Shown here: in pieces, positions 10,379 to 19,543 of the stretch
Position numbering within the stretch: position 1 is the stretch's first letter
How the letters are laid out: each line of letters starts with the position of its first letter
Assembly: GCA_965284435.1 (NCBI GenBank)
Contig: OZ260083.1
Coordinates: 691,168-755,167, forward strand
Origin: an uncultured Rhodobacteraceae bacterium
GTDB lineage: Bacteria > Pseudomonadota > Alphaproteobacteria > Rhodobacterales > Rhodobacteraceae
Reading direction: 5' to 3'
Length of the DNA stretch: 64,000 bases
Notes under the pieces: model-generated
Database searches by the model: none
The model's input: only the letters and a program-made list of their open reading frames with translations
Told to the model about the DNA's origin: nothing
Translations under genes and position numbers: made by a program

Positions 10379-11001
10379 CCTCCTCCCCCCACGGCCCGCT
10401 TCGCGTGGGCATCGGCGGCCCCGTTGGTGCCGGCAAAACCACCCTGACCGAACATCTGTGCCGCGCGCTGGCCCACCGCTGTTCGATGGCCGTCATCACC
10501 AATGACATCTACACCCGCGAAGACGCCGAATACCTAATGCGCGCGCAGGTTCTGGCCCAAGACCGCATTCGCGGCGTCGAAACGGGCGGCTGCCCCCATA
10601 CGGCCATCCGCGAAGACGCCTCGATCAATCTGGCCGCCGTGGCCGATCTGCGCCGCGCCCACCCAGATCTTGATCTGATCCTGATCGAATCCGGCGGCGA
10701 CAATCTGGCCGCAACCTATTCCCCCGAACTGGCAGACATCACGATCTATGTCATCGATACGGCGGCCGGTCAGGATATCCCGCGCAAAAAAGGCCCCGGC
10801 CTGACGCGGTCAGATCTTCTGGTCGTCAACAAAACCGATCTTGCCCCCTATGTCGGCGTCGATCTGCAGCTTTTGGAAAGCGATACAAAGGCAGCCCGTG
10901 GCACGCGCCCCTATGTCATGGCCCAACTGCGCACCGACAAGGGCATTGACGATGTCATCACCTTCCTCACCACGACCGGCGGTCTTGTTCTGACGGCATA
11001 G
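10375..11001 (+). CDS. ureG: urease accessory GTPase UreG
   Basis: 208-aa ORF with P-loop [10 protein letters not shown], the [13 protein letters not shown] metal motif and NKTDL. Confidence 0.95.
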   Translation: MTSSPHGPLRVGIGGPVGAGKTTLTEHLCRALAHRCSMAVITNDIYTREDAEYLMRAQVLAQDRIRGVETGGCPHTAIREDASINLAAVADLRRAHPDLDLILIESGGDNLAATYSPELADITIYVIDTAAGQDIPRKKGPGLTRSDLLVVNKTDLAPYVGVDLQLLESDTKAARGTRPYVMAQLRTDKGIDDVITFLTTTGGLVLTA

Positions 11002-11055
11002 CTTTTCGTCCCACCAATGCCTACATTGGGCCTCAGTCAACCCAAAGGGTCCGCC

Positions 11056-11532
11056 ATGTGGCTGTTTGCCATCTTCATTATCGTTCCAATCATCGAAATT
11101 GCGCTGTTCGTTCAGGTCGGCGGTTGGTTGACGCTTTGGCCCACCTTGGCCATCGTTCTGGGCACGGCCGTTGTCGGCACATGGCTGCTGCGCTGGCAAG
11201 GCACACAGGTTCTGCGCGATCTTCAACGCGAGATGACCTCTCTTGGCAATCCGCTCTCGCCTCTGGCCCATGGCGCGCTGATCCTCGTGGGCGGGGTGAT
11301 GATGATTCTGCCCGGCTTTTTCACCGACGTGATCGGCATCTTGTTGATGATCCCCCCACTGCGCAGCCTCGTGATCCGTCTGATCCTGGCCCGCCTCTCG
11401 GCCAAAACCCTGTCCGGCTTTGCCTTCACAGCGCGCCAATCGGCCGATCCAACCATCATCGATGGCGATTTTTCCGAAATTCCTCCGCAAGACAGGCAAA
11501 ACGCCCCCCCCTCGGGCTGGACCCGCCATTGA
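11056..11532 (+). CDS. fxsA: FxsA family membrane protein
   Basis: ORF 11017..11532 trimmed to MWLFAIFIIVPIIEIALFVQVGGWLTLWPTLAIVL (FxsA N-terminal signature). Multi-TM. Confidence 0.7.
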   Translation: MWLFAIFIIVPIIEIALFVQVGGWLTLWPTLAIVLGTAVVGTWLLRWQGTQVLRDLQREMTSLGNPLSPLAHGALILVGGVMMILPGFFTDVIGILLMIPPLRSLVIRLILARLSAKTLSGFAFTARQSADPTIIDGDFSEIPPQDRQNAPPSGWTRH

Positions 11533-11591
11533 GACCCTGATCGCAACCTGCTAGGAAGCGCGGCAAGATTTTGCCTATAGGGAGAATGGGT

Positions 11592-12080
11592 ATGGCTGAA
11601 GACTCCGGCGCAGCAGTGCAAGTGCGCATGCAGGTCATGGCGCAGTTCGTCAAAGACATGTCGTTTGAAAACATGGTCGCGCAAAAGGGCCTGACCTCGT
11701 CCGAGGTTCAGCCCGACATTCAGGTTGGCGTTTCGCTCGATGCCCGCAAGCGCGCGCAGGAAAACCACTATGACGTGACGACCAAGTTCAAGGTGTCCAA
11801 CAAGAACAAGGTCAACGGCGAAATGCTGTTCCTTCTGGAACTGGAATACGGCGGTGTCTTTCTGGTCGAAAACGTGCCCGAAGATCAATTGCACCCCTTC
11901 TTGATGATCGAATGCCCCCGGATGCTGTTCCCCTATGTGCGCCGCATCATCTCGGACGTCACGCGCGATGGCGGATTTCCGCCCCTGAACATCGAACCCG
12001 TCGATTTCTTGCAGCTCTACCGGCAAGAGGTTGCACGCCGCGCGCAGGCGCAAGCTGCCGCCACTCCCCTGCCGAACTGA
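11592..12080 (+). CDS. secB: protein-export chaperone SecB
   Basis: ORF 11571..12080. SecB-like core (FVKDMSFE..., LFLLELEYGGVFLVENVPEDQLHPFLMIECPRMLFPYVRRIISDVTRDGGFPPLNIEPVDF). The ATG at 11592 has better SD spacing (AGGGAG) than 11571/11586, but the start is uncertain. Confidence 0.85.
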   Translation: MAEDSGAAVQVRMQVMAQFVKDMSFENMVAQKGLTSSEVQPDIQVGVSLDARKRAQENHYDVTTKFKVSNKNKVNGEMLFLLELEYGGVFLVENVPEDQLHPFLMIECPRMLFPYVRRIISDVTRDGGFPPLNIEPVDFLQLYRQEVARRAQAQAAATPLPN

Positions 12081-12102
12081 TCGGCCCGATCTGTTGACAA
12101 CG

Positions 12103-12128
12103 GCGGTGCTGGCGCGGGCCGGCACCGC
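12103..12128 (+). terminator. candidate intrinsic terminator after secB
   Basis: GCGGTGC (12103-12109) pairs with GCACCGC (12122-12128) around a 12-nt loop, followed by TTCTTTCATTT. Confidence 0.4.
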
Positions 12129-12238
12129 TTCTTTCATTTGGCCTGCCAAATCCTTGGGGCAGCGCGCGCCAAACCCGCCCAAAGGCAACAGCCCCGGTTT
12201 GGCCCTATACTGCCGCTTTCTTCTCGCGCGGCGCCCCC

Positions 12239-13084
12239 ATGATCCCCCCCACCGATTTGATCCAGATCGATCCCTTCACCATCACCGGCAATGGTCTGCA
12301 AGACCGTCTGGAAGATGACAGCCGCGCCGACGCGCGTCTGCTCGCCTCGATCCGCGACCACGGCCAACAGGTGCCCGTTCTCGTGCGCCCCCACCCCGAC
12401 CGGCCCGGCCAGTATGACATCATCTATGGCCGTCGCCGTGTTCTGGCGCTGCGCGATCTTGGCCGCCCGGTTCTGGCCCTGATCCGCCCGCTGGATCCGG
12501 CCGATGGCGCCTTGGCACGCGGCGCGGAAAACGCCCTGCGCCGGGATCTGTCCTATATGGAAAAGGCCCATCTGACCCGGCAGTTGATTGATCGGTCCCT
12601 CCCGCGCGCAACCATCGCCCGCGCCCTTGGTCTGGATCTGACAGAGGTGGCGCGCATGAACCAATTGGTGCGCCGTCTGCCCCCGGCCTTGGTCACCTCC
12701 TTCGGGGCGGCCAGCGGTGTCGGCTTTTTGCGCTGGCGCAGTTTGGCAGATCTGATCGCCCAAACCGGCGTTGACCCGCACGAGGTGTGCGCCATCGCCA
12801 ACACCTCAGATCTGAACACCAGTGCAACCGGCCGCTTTCGCGCCGCGCTGGCCTATGTCACCACCCTCAAAGCGCGCTCTGTGCCACCCCGCCCCGCGCG
12901 TTTGCGGCTGATCCGCGCGCATGATGGCATGCCCTTCGCGCGGGTAAAGATGACCAAGGCAACCCTGCACCTTGGCATCAGCCGCCGGAATGCGCCCGGT
13001 TTTGACGAATATCTTCTGGCCCAACTGCCGGCCCTGCTGGCCGCCTTTCGTGCCGCGCCGCCCGGGACCGAAATGGTTAATTGA
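12239..13084 (+). CDS. ParB/RepB-family (repABC RepB-like) partition protein homolog; stand-alone, no repA/repC nearby
   Basis: 281-aa ORF with the RepB-like layout I remember: ...LLASIRDHGQQVPVLVRPHP...YDIIYGRRRVLALRDLGRPVLALIRPL...GAENALRRDLSYMEKAHLTRQL...ARALGLDLTEVARMNQLVRRLPPALVTSFGAASGVGFLRWRSLADL. Several usually conserved residues look diverged. Confidence 0.6.
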   Translation: MIPPTDLIQIDPFTITGNGLQDRLEDDSRADARLLASIRDHGQQVPVLVRPHPDRPGQYDIIYGRRRVLALRDLGRPVLALIRPLDPADGALARGAENALRRDLSYMEKAHLTRQLIDRSLPRATIARALGLDLTEVARMNQLVRRLPPALVTSFGAASGVGFLRWRSLADLIAQTGVDPHEVCAIANTSDLNTSATGRFRAALAYVTTLKARSVPPRPARLRLIRAHDGMPFARVKMTKATLHLGISRRNAPGFDEYLLAQLPALLAAFRAAPPGTEMVN

Positions 13085-13090
13085 GCACGC

Positions 13091-14122
13091 TCAATGTCCA
13101 GATCGCACCGTATCGATCATCAGCTGCACGTTGTCGGGGTCAGCATCTGGTGTAATCCCGTGGCCCAGATTGAAAATATGCGGCCCCTTCGCAAAGGCGT
13201 CCACCACGCGCCGCGTCGCCTCGACCAAGGCTTGCCCGCCCGTCACCATATGTTCGGGGGCAAGGTTGCCCTGCACGCAGCCATCCGCTTGCAGCTCTGC
13301 CGCCGCCCATTCGGGCGATACCGAATTGTCCACGGCCACACAGTCCGCGCCTGTCTTTTTGGCAAAGCCGACATAGCCCGCAGCGGCCTCTCGCGGAAAG
13401 GCGATGATCGGAACCCCCGGATGGCGCGCTTTCAGGGCCAGAATGATCTTTTGGGCCGGCGCAACCGCGAAATCTTCGAAATCCTGCCCCTTCAGGCTTC
13501 CAGCCCACGAATCAAACAGTTTCACCGTCTCGGCCCCGGCCAGAATCTGCATCGAAAGATATTCCACCGTCGCCTCGGTAATCCGGTCGATCAGGGCCGA
13601 AAAGGTTGCCCGATCTGCCGCTTTCAGCCCATGCGCCGGTCCCTGATCCGGCGTACCGCGGCCCGCGATCATATAGGTCGCAACGGTCCACGGCGCCCCG
13701 GCAAAGCCGATAAGCGCCGTCTCTTTCGGCAGTTCGCGCGCCAAGATTCGAACCGTTTCATAAATCGGCGCCAAGGTATCGTGAATATCGTCCTTGCCCT
13801 TCAGCGCCCGAAGGCCCTCGGGTCCGGTAATCGTCGAAAGCCGCGGCCCTTCGCCGGTTTCAAACCACAGATCCGCCCCCAAAGCCTGCGGCAAAAGCAG
13901 GATGTCGGCAAACAGGATCGCGGCATCGAACCCATAGCGCCGGATCGGCTGCAGCGTCACTTCTGCCGCCAGATCCGAATTATAGCACAGCTTCAGGAAA
14001 TCACCCGCCTGTGCCCGCGTCGCGCGGTATTCGGGCAAATAGCGCCCCGCCTGCCGCATCATCCAGATCGGCGGCACCGCCAATGTTTCTCCCGCCAGCG
14101 CGCGCATCAGAAGCTTCGTCAT
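13091..14122 (-). CDS. hemE: uroporphyrinogen decarboxylase
   Basis: 343-aa ORF with N-terminal [16 protein letters not shown] and a C-terminal [10 protein letters not shown] motif, typical HemE. Confidence 0.95.
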   Translation of the reverse strand: MTKLLMRALAGETLAVPPIWMMRQAGRYLPEYRATRAQAGDFLKLCYNSDLAAEVTLQPIRRYGFDAAILFADILLLPQALGADLWFETGEGPRLSTITGPEGLRALKGKDDIHDTLAPIYETVRILARELPKETALIGFAGAPWTVATYMIAGRGTPDQGPAHGLKAADRATFSALIDRITEATVEYLSMQILAGAETVKLFDSWAGSLKGQDFEDFAVAPAQKIILALKARHPGVPIIAFPREAAAGYVGFAKKTGADCVAVDNSVSPEWAAAELQADGCVQGNLAPEHMVTGGQALVEATRRVVDAFAKGPHIFNLGHGITPDADPDNVQLMIDTVRSGH

Positions 14123-14192
14123 AAGGTTCTCCGTGTTATCGTCGCAAGGAGGCGTTTTGCTCTTGCGGTGTCAATGCCTATTCGTGCCCCGT

Positions 14193-14210
14193 TGTCAGCG
14201 TGTTGAGACA
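14193..14210. promoter_or_regulatory. PpsR/CrtJ-type palindrome TGT-N12-ACA in the hemE-hemC divergent intergenic region
   Basis: TGTCAGCGTGTTGAGACA read directly. It is the only perfect site in the 104-bp intergenic region. Confidence 0.55.
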
Positions 14211-14226
14211 CAGCTATGCCTAGGAC

Positions 14227-15165
14227 ATGACATATTCGATGCCAAACCCCGCCCAACCCTTCAAGATCGGCACCCGCGGATCGCCCCTCGCCCTGTGGCA
14301 AGCGCATGAAGTGCGCCGATGCCTTGGCCTTGCCTTCGCCCTGCCGGACGCGTGCTTTGAAATCGTGGTGATCAAGGTCATGGGCGATCAGATTCTCGAC
14401 AAGGCGCTGAAAGAAATTGGCGGCAAGGGTCTTTTCACGCGTGAGATCGAAGAGGCCCTGCTTGAAGGCACCATCGACATCGCGGTTCACTCCATGAAGG
14501 ATATGCCCACCGTCCAGCCAGAGGGCCTGATCCTGAATTGCTATCTTCCGCGCGAAGATGTGCGCGACGGCTTCGTCTCGCCCCATGTGGGCCGCTTGAT
14601 GGATCTGCCTCAGGGCGCAACAGTCGGGTCCAGCAGCCTGCGCAGACGGGCGCAATTGGCGCACCGCCGGCCCGATCTGAACCTTGTCGAATTCCGGGGC
14701 AATGTCCAAACCCGAATGAAAAAGCTGCAAGACGGCGTGGCGCAGGCCACCTTCCTTGCGATGGCCGGTCTGAACCGTCTGGGCATGGCGCATATGGCGC
14801 AAGGCGCGATCGAGGTGACCGAGATGTTGCCCGCCGTCGCCCAAGGCGCAATCGGAGTGGAGCGGCGCATCGCCGATCCGCGCGCGGAGGCGATGCTTGC
14901 GGCCATCCACCACGGGCCGACGGGCCAGCAGTTGGCGGCCGAACGCGGCTTTTTGGCCCGGCTGGATGGGTCCTGCGAAACACCAATTGCGGGGCTTGCC
15001 GTGCTGGACGGGGCGGATCTTTGGCTGCGCGGCGAAATCTTGCGCCCAGATGGCAGCCGTGTTCTCAGCGGCGAGCTTCGCGGTGCCGCCGCCGATGGCC
15101 CCGCTTTGGGTCAAAGCTTGGCCGATGATCTTTTGGGCCGGGCCGGGCCGGGATTTTTTGGCTGA
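14227..15165 (+). CDS. hemC: hydroxymethylbilane synthase (porphobilinogen deaminase)
   Basis: 312-aa ORF with FKIGTRGSPLALWQA..., SMKDMPT, RGNVQTRMKKL and DGSCETPI motifs. Confidence 0.95.
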   Translation: MTYSMPNPAQPFKIGTRGSPLALWQAHEVRRCLGLAFALPDACFEIVVIKVMGDQILDKALKEIGGKGLFTREIEEALLEGTIDIAVHSMKDMPTVQPEGLILNCYLPREDVRDGFVSPHVGRLMDLPQGATVGSSSLRRRAQLAHRRPDLNLVEFRGNVQTRMKKLQDGVAQATFLAMAGLNRLGMAHMAQGAIEVTEMLPAVAQGAIGVERRIADPRAEAMLAAIHHGPTGQQLAAERGFLARLDGSCETPIAGLAVLDGADLWLRGEILRPDGSRVLSGELRGAAADGPALGQSLADDLLGRAGPGFFG

Positions 15166-15170
15166 CAACA

Positions 15171-16037
15171 TCACGAGACCGCCCCGATTCGCGCCAGAAA
15201 GTCCAGAATCGGGGTGGCAACGATCTCTCCGGATTCTTCGTGAACCAGATGCCCAAAGCCGGGGATGTCCACCACTTCGGCCCCGTTCATCTGCGCCGCG
15301 GCCTGATGCGAAATCACGGGCGGAACCGCGCGGTCCAGATCGGACGTGATCAAAAGGCAGGGCGCGGTCTGGCCCGGCAAGCGCGACAAAAGCGCGGCAA
15401 GCCGCCACTGCGCCATCATGGCAAGGGTGGCATCGACGTGGTCTGATTTTCGCAGCAAGGTCAGATACTGCGCCATACCCGCCGGTTCCAATTTCGATCC
15501 GGTCGAGGCGATCAGCTTGTCCGCCTGCGCCGGGCTGGCAAAGGCCCGGCTGAACAGCTGCGCCAAAAAGGGCGTGGCGGCCAGAATTTTTGCCATGGCC
15601 GGGTACAGCCAGCCCGCCAGCCCGTCGAATTCGCCCAAAGCCGCGTTGATACCAACCACCCCCCGAAGCGGTGTCAGTTCGGCCATCCGCAACGCAATCG
15701 CCGCCCCGGCGGAATGGCCGATAACCGCAACCGGATGCCAGTTCTGGGACTGGGCCAGCACCAAAAGATCGCTGGCCATCGCGTCCAGCCCACAGCGACC
15801 GCGGTTGCCCAAAACGGTAAAGCCCTGACCCGGAAGATCGACCAGAATAACCCTGAACTGCGATGTCAGATGCGGCACAAGGCGGCGCCAGGAATGGCTG
15901 GCCCCCCCCGCGCCGTGAATCAACAGCAGGTCCGGACCACTGCCCATGATCTGGACATGCCACAGATGCGGCGCCGATCGAACATGCTGCGAGTGGTCGC
16001 GAAACGGCCAGTCAGCGGGAATCACAGGCGGCCGCAT
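15171..16037 (-). CDS. bchO: alpha/beta hydrolase, magnesium chelatase accessory protein BchO
   Basis: 288-aa ORF with HGAGGASHSW and the nucleophile elbow GHSAGAA. Immediately downstream of bchD, as in Rhodobacter bchI-bchD-bchO. Confidence 0.8.
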   Translation of the reverse strand: MRPPVIPADWPFRDHSQHVRSAPHLWHVQIMGSGPDLLLIHGAGGASHSWRRLVPHLTSQFRVILVDLPGQGFTVLGNRGRCGLDAMASDLLVLAQSQNWHPVAVIGHSAGAAIALRMAELTPLRGVVGINAALGEFDGLAGWLYPAMAKILAATPFLAQLFSRAFASPAQADKLIASTGSKLEPAGMAQYLTLLRKSDHVDATLAMMAQWRLAALLSRLPGQTAPCLLITSDLDRAVPPVISHQAAAQMNGAEVVDIPGFGHLVHEESGEIVATPILDFLARIGAVS

Positions 16038-17699
16038 CTAATCCCCCAAGGCCGCTTGCAGCACGCCAGACAGGCGCTGGGCATCGGCACGGGGCAGCGG
16101 CAGATAGGGCGCATCCATCGCGGCAGCCAAAAGCCGCAGCCCGGGCTGCGGCCGATTGGCGATATCGATGACAAGGCCGGGAATGCCAAGGTTTCGAAAC
16201 GCGCAGGCCAGACGCAGCGCGTCGGCCTCGGCCATCTCGCGGTTTGGGGTGCCGTCCAGCGCGATATTGCCGCGCCCGTCGGTCAAAAGCGCGATGGTCG
16301 GGGTCATTCCGCGTGACTGCGTTTGGCCCGCCAGTTCAAAGGCCATTTTCAACCCCGAAGCCAAAGGCGTGCCGCCCCCCCCGGGCAGCCCGGCAAGGCG
16401 CCGTTTGGTTTGAACAAGCGATCGGGTCGGCGGCAACAGCAACTCGGCCTGTTGTCCGCGAAAGGCGATCAGGGCCACATGATCGCGCCGGGCATAGGCG
16501 GCGGCCAAAAGCAGTTCGATCGCGCCCTTCGCTTCGGCCAGACGCGACAAGGCCGACGACCCAGAGGCATCGACGGCAAAGATCAGGACCCTGTCAGAGG
16601 TTTCCACATAGCGTTTCAGCCGCAGATCGGATTGGCGGATTTCAAGGCGGGTCGCATCGGGCGTGCGTCGGCGCAGGGGCTGCCAAGGGGCGGCGCTGCG
16701 CAGGGTGGCCACAAGGTCGATTCGTTTGCCCGACCCCGGGGTGCCCGGACGAGAGGGCAAGGGCCGGCCCCGGTGGTTGCCCTTTCGCGCGGCCCCTGTG
16801 CCAGACCCTTTGGCCGATTTCGCGGCGCGTCCGGCGTTCAGGCGGGCCAAAAGATCGGCGGGCAGGGCGGCACGGATCGCCTCAAGCAGAATGTCATCGG
16901 GGATGCGTTCATCTTGCGATTGGGGCTGTTCCGAGTCTGTTTCGGCAGGATCGGGCGGTGGGGGCGCTTCTTGGGGCGCGTCCTGTTCGGCCGTTTCTGG
17001 CAGATCCCCGCGATGCGCCAGCGTCAGTTCGGCGGCATGGCGCAGCGTGTCATCCGACGCCGTCTCTTCCGCCCGCCACGCGGCCAAGGCGCGGGCCGCT
17101 GCCAAGGTCAAAAGCGGTGCGCGAAGCGAGGCGATGCCCATCGCGGCAGCGACGGTGGTGATGGATTCCAGCGCCTTTTTTGGCAGTTTTGTTGTGGCAA
17201 GGCGGGCCTGTGCGGCCGTGATTTCAGCAGGATTCAGCTGAATAGAGACGGAGTGAGAATAGGGAATATCGGTCAGATCCAAGAACAGACCCAAACGATC
17301 GGTCAGGGCCGAGGGCAGGGTTTCTTCTGGTTCGGCACCCTCGTCCAAGGCAATAAGGCAGGGGCCCGCATCATCCAGCCACCGCGCCAGACGCGCCGAC
17401 AGCCCCGGGGGGCAGCGTTCGGCCATGGCCAAAAGCAGCGGACTGGGCTGTGCCAAAAGACCGGCGCTGCGGATCAGGTGCCCCGCCGACAAGGTGGCGG
17501 CCAGATCCACCCCGCCAAACAGCGAGGTATCGTCGATTCCCGGATGGATACGGCGGTGCGGCGGCAGGGCCTGCGTGACCCGGTCGCGAATGGGCGACGC
17601 CCGGGCCCGCAGCCAAAGCCCCTTGACCCCCGACGGATCGGTGGCAAGAACGGCAAGGGCCGTTTCTGCCCGCTCCCAGGGGGTCAACGGGTCTGTCAT
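16038..17699 (-). CDS. bchD: magnesium chelatase subunit D
   Basis: 553-aa ORF with an N-terminal degenerate AAA-like part, an acidic/Pro-rich linker ([19 protein letters not shown]) and a C-terminal vWA/MIDAS domain (FAVDASGSS). 4-nt overlap with the bchI stop region. Confidence 0.92.
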   Translation of the reverse strand: MTDPLTPWERAETALAVLATDPSGVKGLWLRARASPIRDRVTQALPPHRRIHPGIDDTSLFGGVDLAATLSAGHLIRSAGLLAQPSPLLLAMAERCPPGLSARLARWLDDAGPCLIALDEGAEPEETLPSALTDRLGLFLDLTDIPYSHSVSIQLNPAEITAAQARLATTKLPKKALESITTVAAAMGIASLRAPLLTLAAARALAAWRAEETASDDTLRHAAELTLAHRGDLPETAEQDAPQEAPPPPDPAETDSEQPQSQDERIPDDILLEAIRAALPADLLARLNAGRAAKSAKGSGTGAARKGNHRGRPLPSRPGTPGSGKRIDLVATLRSAAPWQPLRRRTPDATRLEIRQSDLRLKRYVETSDRVLIFAVDASGSSALSRLAEAKGAIELLLAAAYARRDHVALIAFRGQQAELLLPPTRSLVQTKRRLAGLPGGGGTPLASGLKMAFELAGQTQSRGMTPTIALLTDGRGNIALDGTPNREMAEADALRLACAFRNLGIPGLVIDIANRPQPGLRLLAAAMDAPYLPLPRADAQRLSGVLQAALGD

Positions 17700-18700
17700 G
17701 GCAGGGTTTCGGCCAAAATCCGCGCGACGCGCGACCCGGAACCAGCTTCGTCCAAAGGATCACGCCGCAGGCGGTGAGACAGGGCCGAGGTGGCCACGGT
17801 TTTCAAATGCCCCCGGGTGACGGTCTGGGCCCCTTCAAAGGCGGCCTGTGCCCGTGCCGCCCGTAACAGGGTCAACTCTCCGCGCAGACCGTCAGACCCC
17901 AAGGCGATGCACAGCGCGGCGCAATCATGCAGAACCACACCGGGGGTTTTCAGCGCGGGCAGGGCCGCGCGGGCCGCCAGAATGGATTTGCGCAAAGAGG
18001 AATCTTTGGCGCGCCATTTCTTCATGAAGGCATCGTTGTCATGTTCGTAGGCGTCGCGGCGGCGCATCACCTCGACCCGGGTTTCCACGTCGCGCGGCGA
18101 GGACACTTCGACCGAAAGGCCGAAACGATCCAGCAGCTGCGGGCGAAGCTCGCCTTCTTCGGGGTTGCCCGAACCGACAAGGACAAAGCGCGCAGGGTGG
18201 CGGATCGACAGGCCTTCGCGTTCGACAACATTTTCGCCCGATTGGGCCACGTCAAGCAGAAGATCGACGATGTGATCTTCCAGAAGGTTCACTTCGTCGA
18301 TGTACAGGTATCCGCGGTTGGCCCGGGCCAGAAGGCCGGCCTCGAAGGCTTTTTCGCCGCGTGTCAGCGCGCGTTCGATATCAAGGGCGCCGACAACGCG
18401 GTCTTCGGTAGCCCCCAGCGGCAGGTCGATCACCGGGGTCGGACGTTTGACCAGCTTGCCGCTGACCGGAGGGGCCCAGACAGGCACATCTTCGATTCGG
18501 GCGGAATTCACCGGGCAGCCTTCGACGGCGGTGATTTCTGGCAAGAGGGCGGCAAGGGCCCGCACCGCCGTGGACTTGCCCGTTCCACGATCGCCAAAAA
18601 CCAGAACCCCGCCAATGCCGGGGTCGATCGCGGTCAGGACCATGGCCTGTTTCATGGCCTCTTGGCCAACAATGGCAGAGAAGGGAAAGGGTTGGCTCAT
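17696..18700 (-). CDS. bchI: magnesium chelatase ATPase subunit I
   Basis: ORF 17696..19489 trimmed to codon 264: [50 protein letters not shown] (Walker A), 334 aa. The upstream run-on overlaps crtA and is rejected. Confidence 0.95.
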   Translation of the reverse strand: MSQPFPFSAIVGQEAMKQAMVLTAIDPGIGGVLVFGDRGTGKSTAVRALAALLPEITAVEGCPVNSARIEDVPVWAPPVSGKLVKRPTPVIDLPLGATEDRVVGALDIERALTRGEKAFEAGLLARANRGYLYIDEVNLLEDHIVDLLLDVAQSGENVVEREGLSIRHPARFVLVGSGNPEEGELRPQLLDRFGLSVEVSSPRDVETRVEVMRRRDAYEHDNDAFMKKWRAKDSSLRKSILAARAALPALKTPGVVLHDCAALCIALGSDGLRGELTLLRAARAQAAFEGAQTVTRGHLKTVATSALSHRLRRDPLDEAGSGSRVARILAETLP

Positions 18701-19428
18701 GGGTGGCTCATCGCGGATATGTCCTTTGGATCGAGAGGGCGGCGACCGCCCCAAGTGCCCCAGTCGTCCAGAATACGAAAGCGGGCATAGAGTTCTTCGG
18801 AAAACCAGTTTTCGGCGCGCACGGCCTGAATCGCGCGCCCGTGCGGGCCGTTGCCGCGCGCGAAATTTGCCATCGTGGCCGTGTCGGGCCAAATCGAAAA
18901 GGTGACCTGATGCAAAAGGGGAACCTCGCCAATCCCAATCTTGAAAATCACATTGGGATCGGAGCCGATAACGGCCGAGATGTCGGGCACACGGCGCCAA
19001 AAGCGCAGGAACGTGGACAGGCGCATACTGGCGCGCGTCAGGGCCACGACGGGGCCTGTGTTGGCGCTGTCGGTTGGCGTAAAGGGCTGCTGTCCGGACC
19101 ATTGGCCACGGGACGATGTCGGCTCCAGCAGGATGGTCCAGCTTTCGGCGGCGCGGTTGCGCCAGCGCCGATAGACCGGGGCCGATGTGATTCGCGCCCG
19201 CGCCGTTTCGGCATCTGGCCAGGTTGCCAGAATGGCCCAAACCGCCGTATTGGGTTTTGGGGTAAAGCCGTGGCCCGTACCCGTGCCGCAGAGTTTGTAA
19301 AACCCCACCTCTGGCATCCGCATGAACGACAGGCGCGCCGCCCCCATTTGCCCCAAGACCCACAGCCGCGCGGGCCAGGAGGCAAAGCGAAACAGGGAAA
19401 GAGAAACGGTTTGCATCGGGTCTTTCAT
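18697..19428 (-). CDS. crtA: spheroidene monooxygenase CrtA
   Basis: 244-aa ORF (the track start at 19431 is GTG; an ATG follows at 19428). [29 protein letters not shown]...[10 protein letters not shown] is CrtA-like. Its stop overlaps the bchI ATG. Confidence 0.88.
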   Translation of the reverse strand: MKDPMQTVSLSLFRFASWPARLWVLGQMGAARLSFMRMPEVGFYKLCGTGTGHGFTPKPNTAVWAILATWPDAETARARITSAPVYRRWRNRAAESWTILLEPTSSRGQWSGQQPFTPTDSANTGPVVALTRASMRLSTFLRFWRRVPDISAVIGSDPNVIFKIGIGEVPLLHQVTFSIWPDTATMANFARGNGPHGRAIQAVRAENWFSEELYARFRILDDWGTWGGRRPLDPKDISAMSHP

Positions 19429-19435
19429 CACGAAG

Positions 19436-19453
19436 TGTAACAGCAGTCTGACA
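19436..19453. promoter_or_regulatory. PpsR/CrtJ palindrome (crtA-crtI divergent region), site 1
   Basis: TGTAACAGCAGTCTGACA = TGT-N12-ACA, read directly. It starts 8 nt upstream of the crtA ATG. Confidence 0.8.
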
Positions 19454-19510
19454 GTATTTGCAAAAAAGGAAAAGGAAAATGGGGCGCAAAGCGGCCTAAA
19501 ACGACAGTAT

Positions 19511-19528
19511 TGTAAATCTAACTAGACA
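19511..19528. promoter_or_regulatory. PpsR/CrtJ palindrome (crtA-crtI divergent region), site 2
   Basis: TGTAAATCTAACTAGACA = TGT-N12-ACA, 16 nt upstream of the crtI ATG. Confidence 0.8.
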
Positions 19529-19543
19529 GTATATCGTGATCGC

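Noticed and set aside
12081-15170. Searched the PGC borders (also 59874-59934) for integrase or transposase genes, tRNA targets or long direct repeats that would mark a genomic island
   Set aside because: None seen by eye. The only mobility-related remnant is the RepB-like ORF, so no mobile element is called.
18701-19489. Upstream extension of the bchI ORF (the track gives 597 aa). Similar run-ons occur for urtA (to 5631), crtD (to 25560), bchL (to 46451), ureD (from 5358), crtB (from 20938) and dxs (from 35319).
   Set aside because: The conserved protein N-termini begin at internal ATGs with plausible SD sequences or stop/start coupling. The upstream stretches overlap neighbouring genes or are low-complexity filler.
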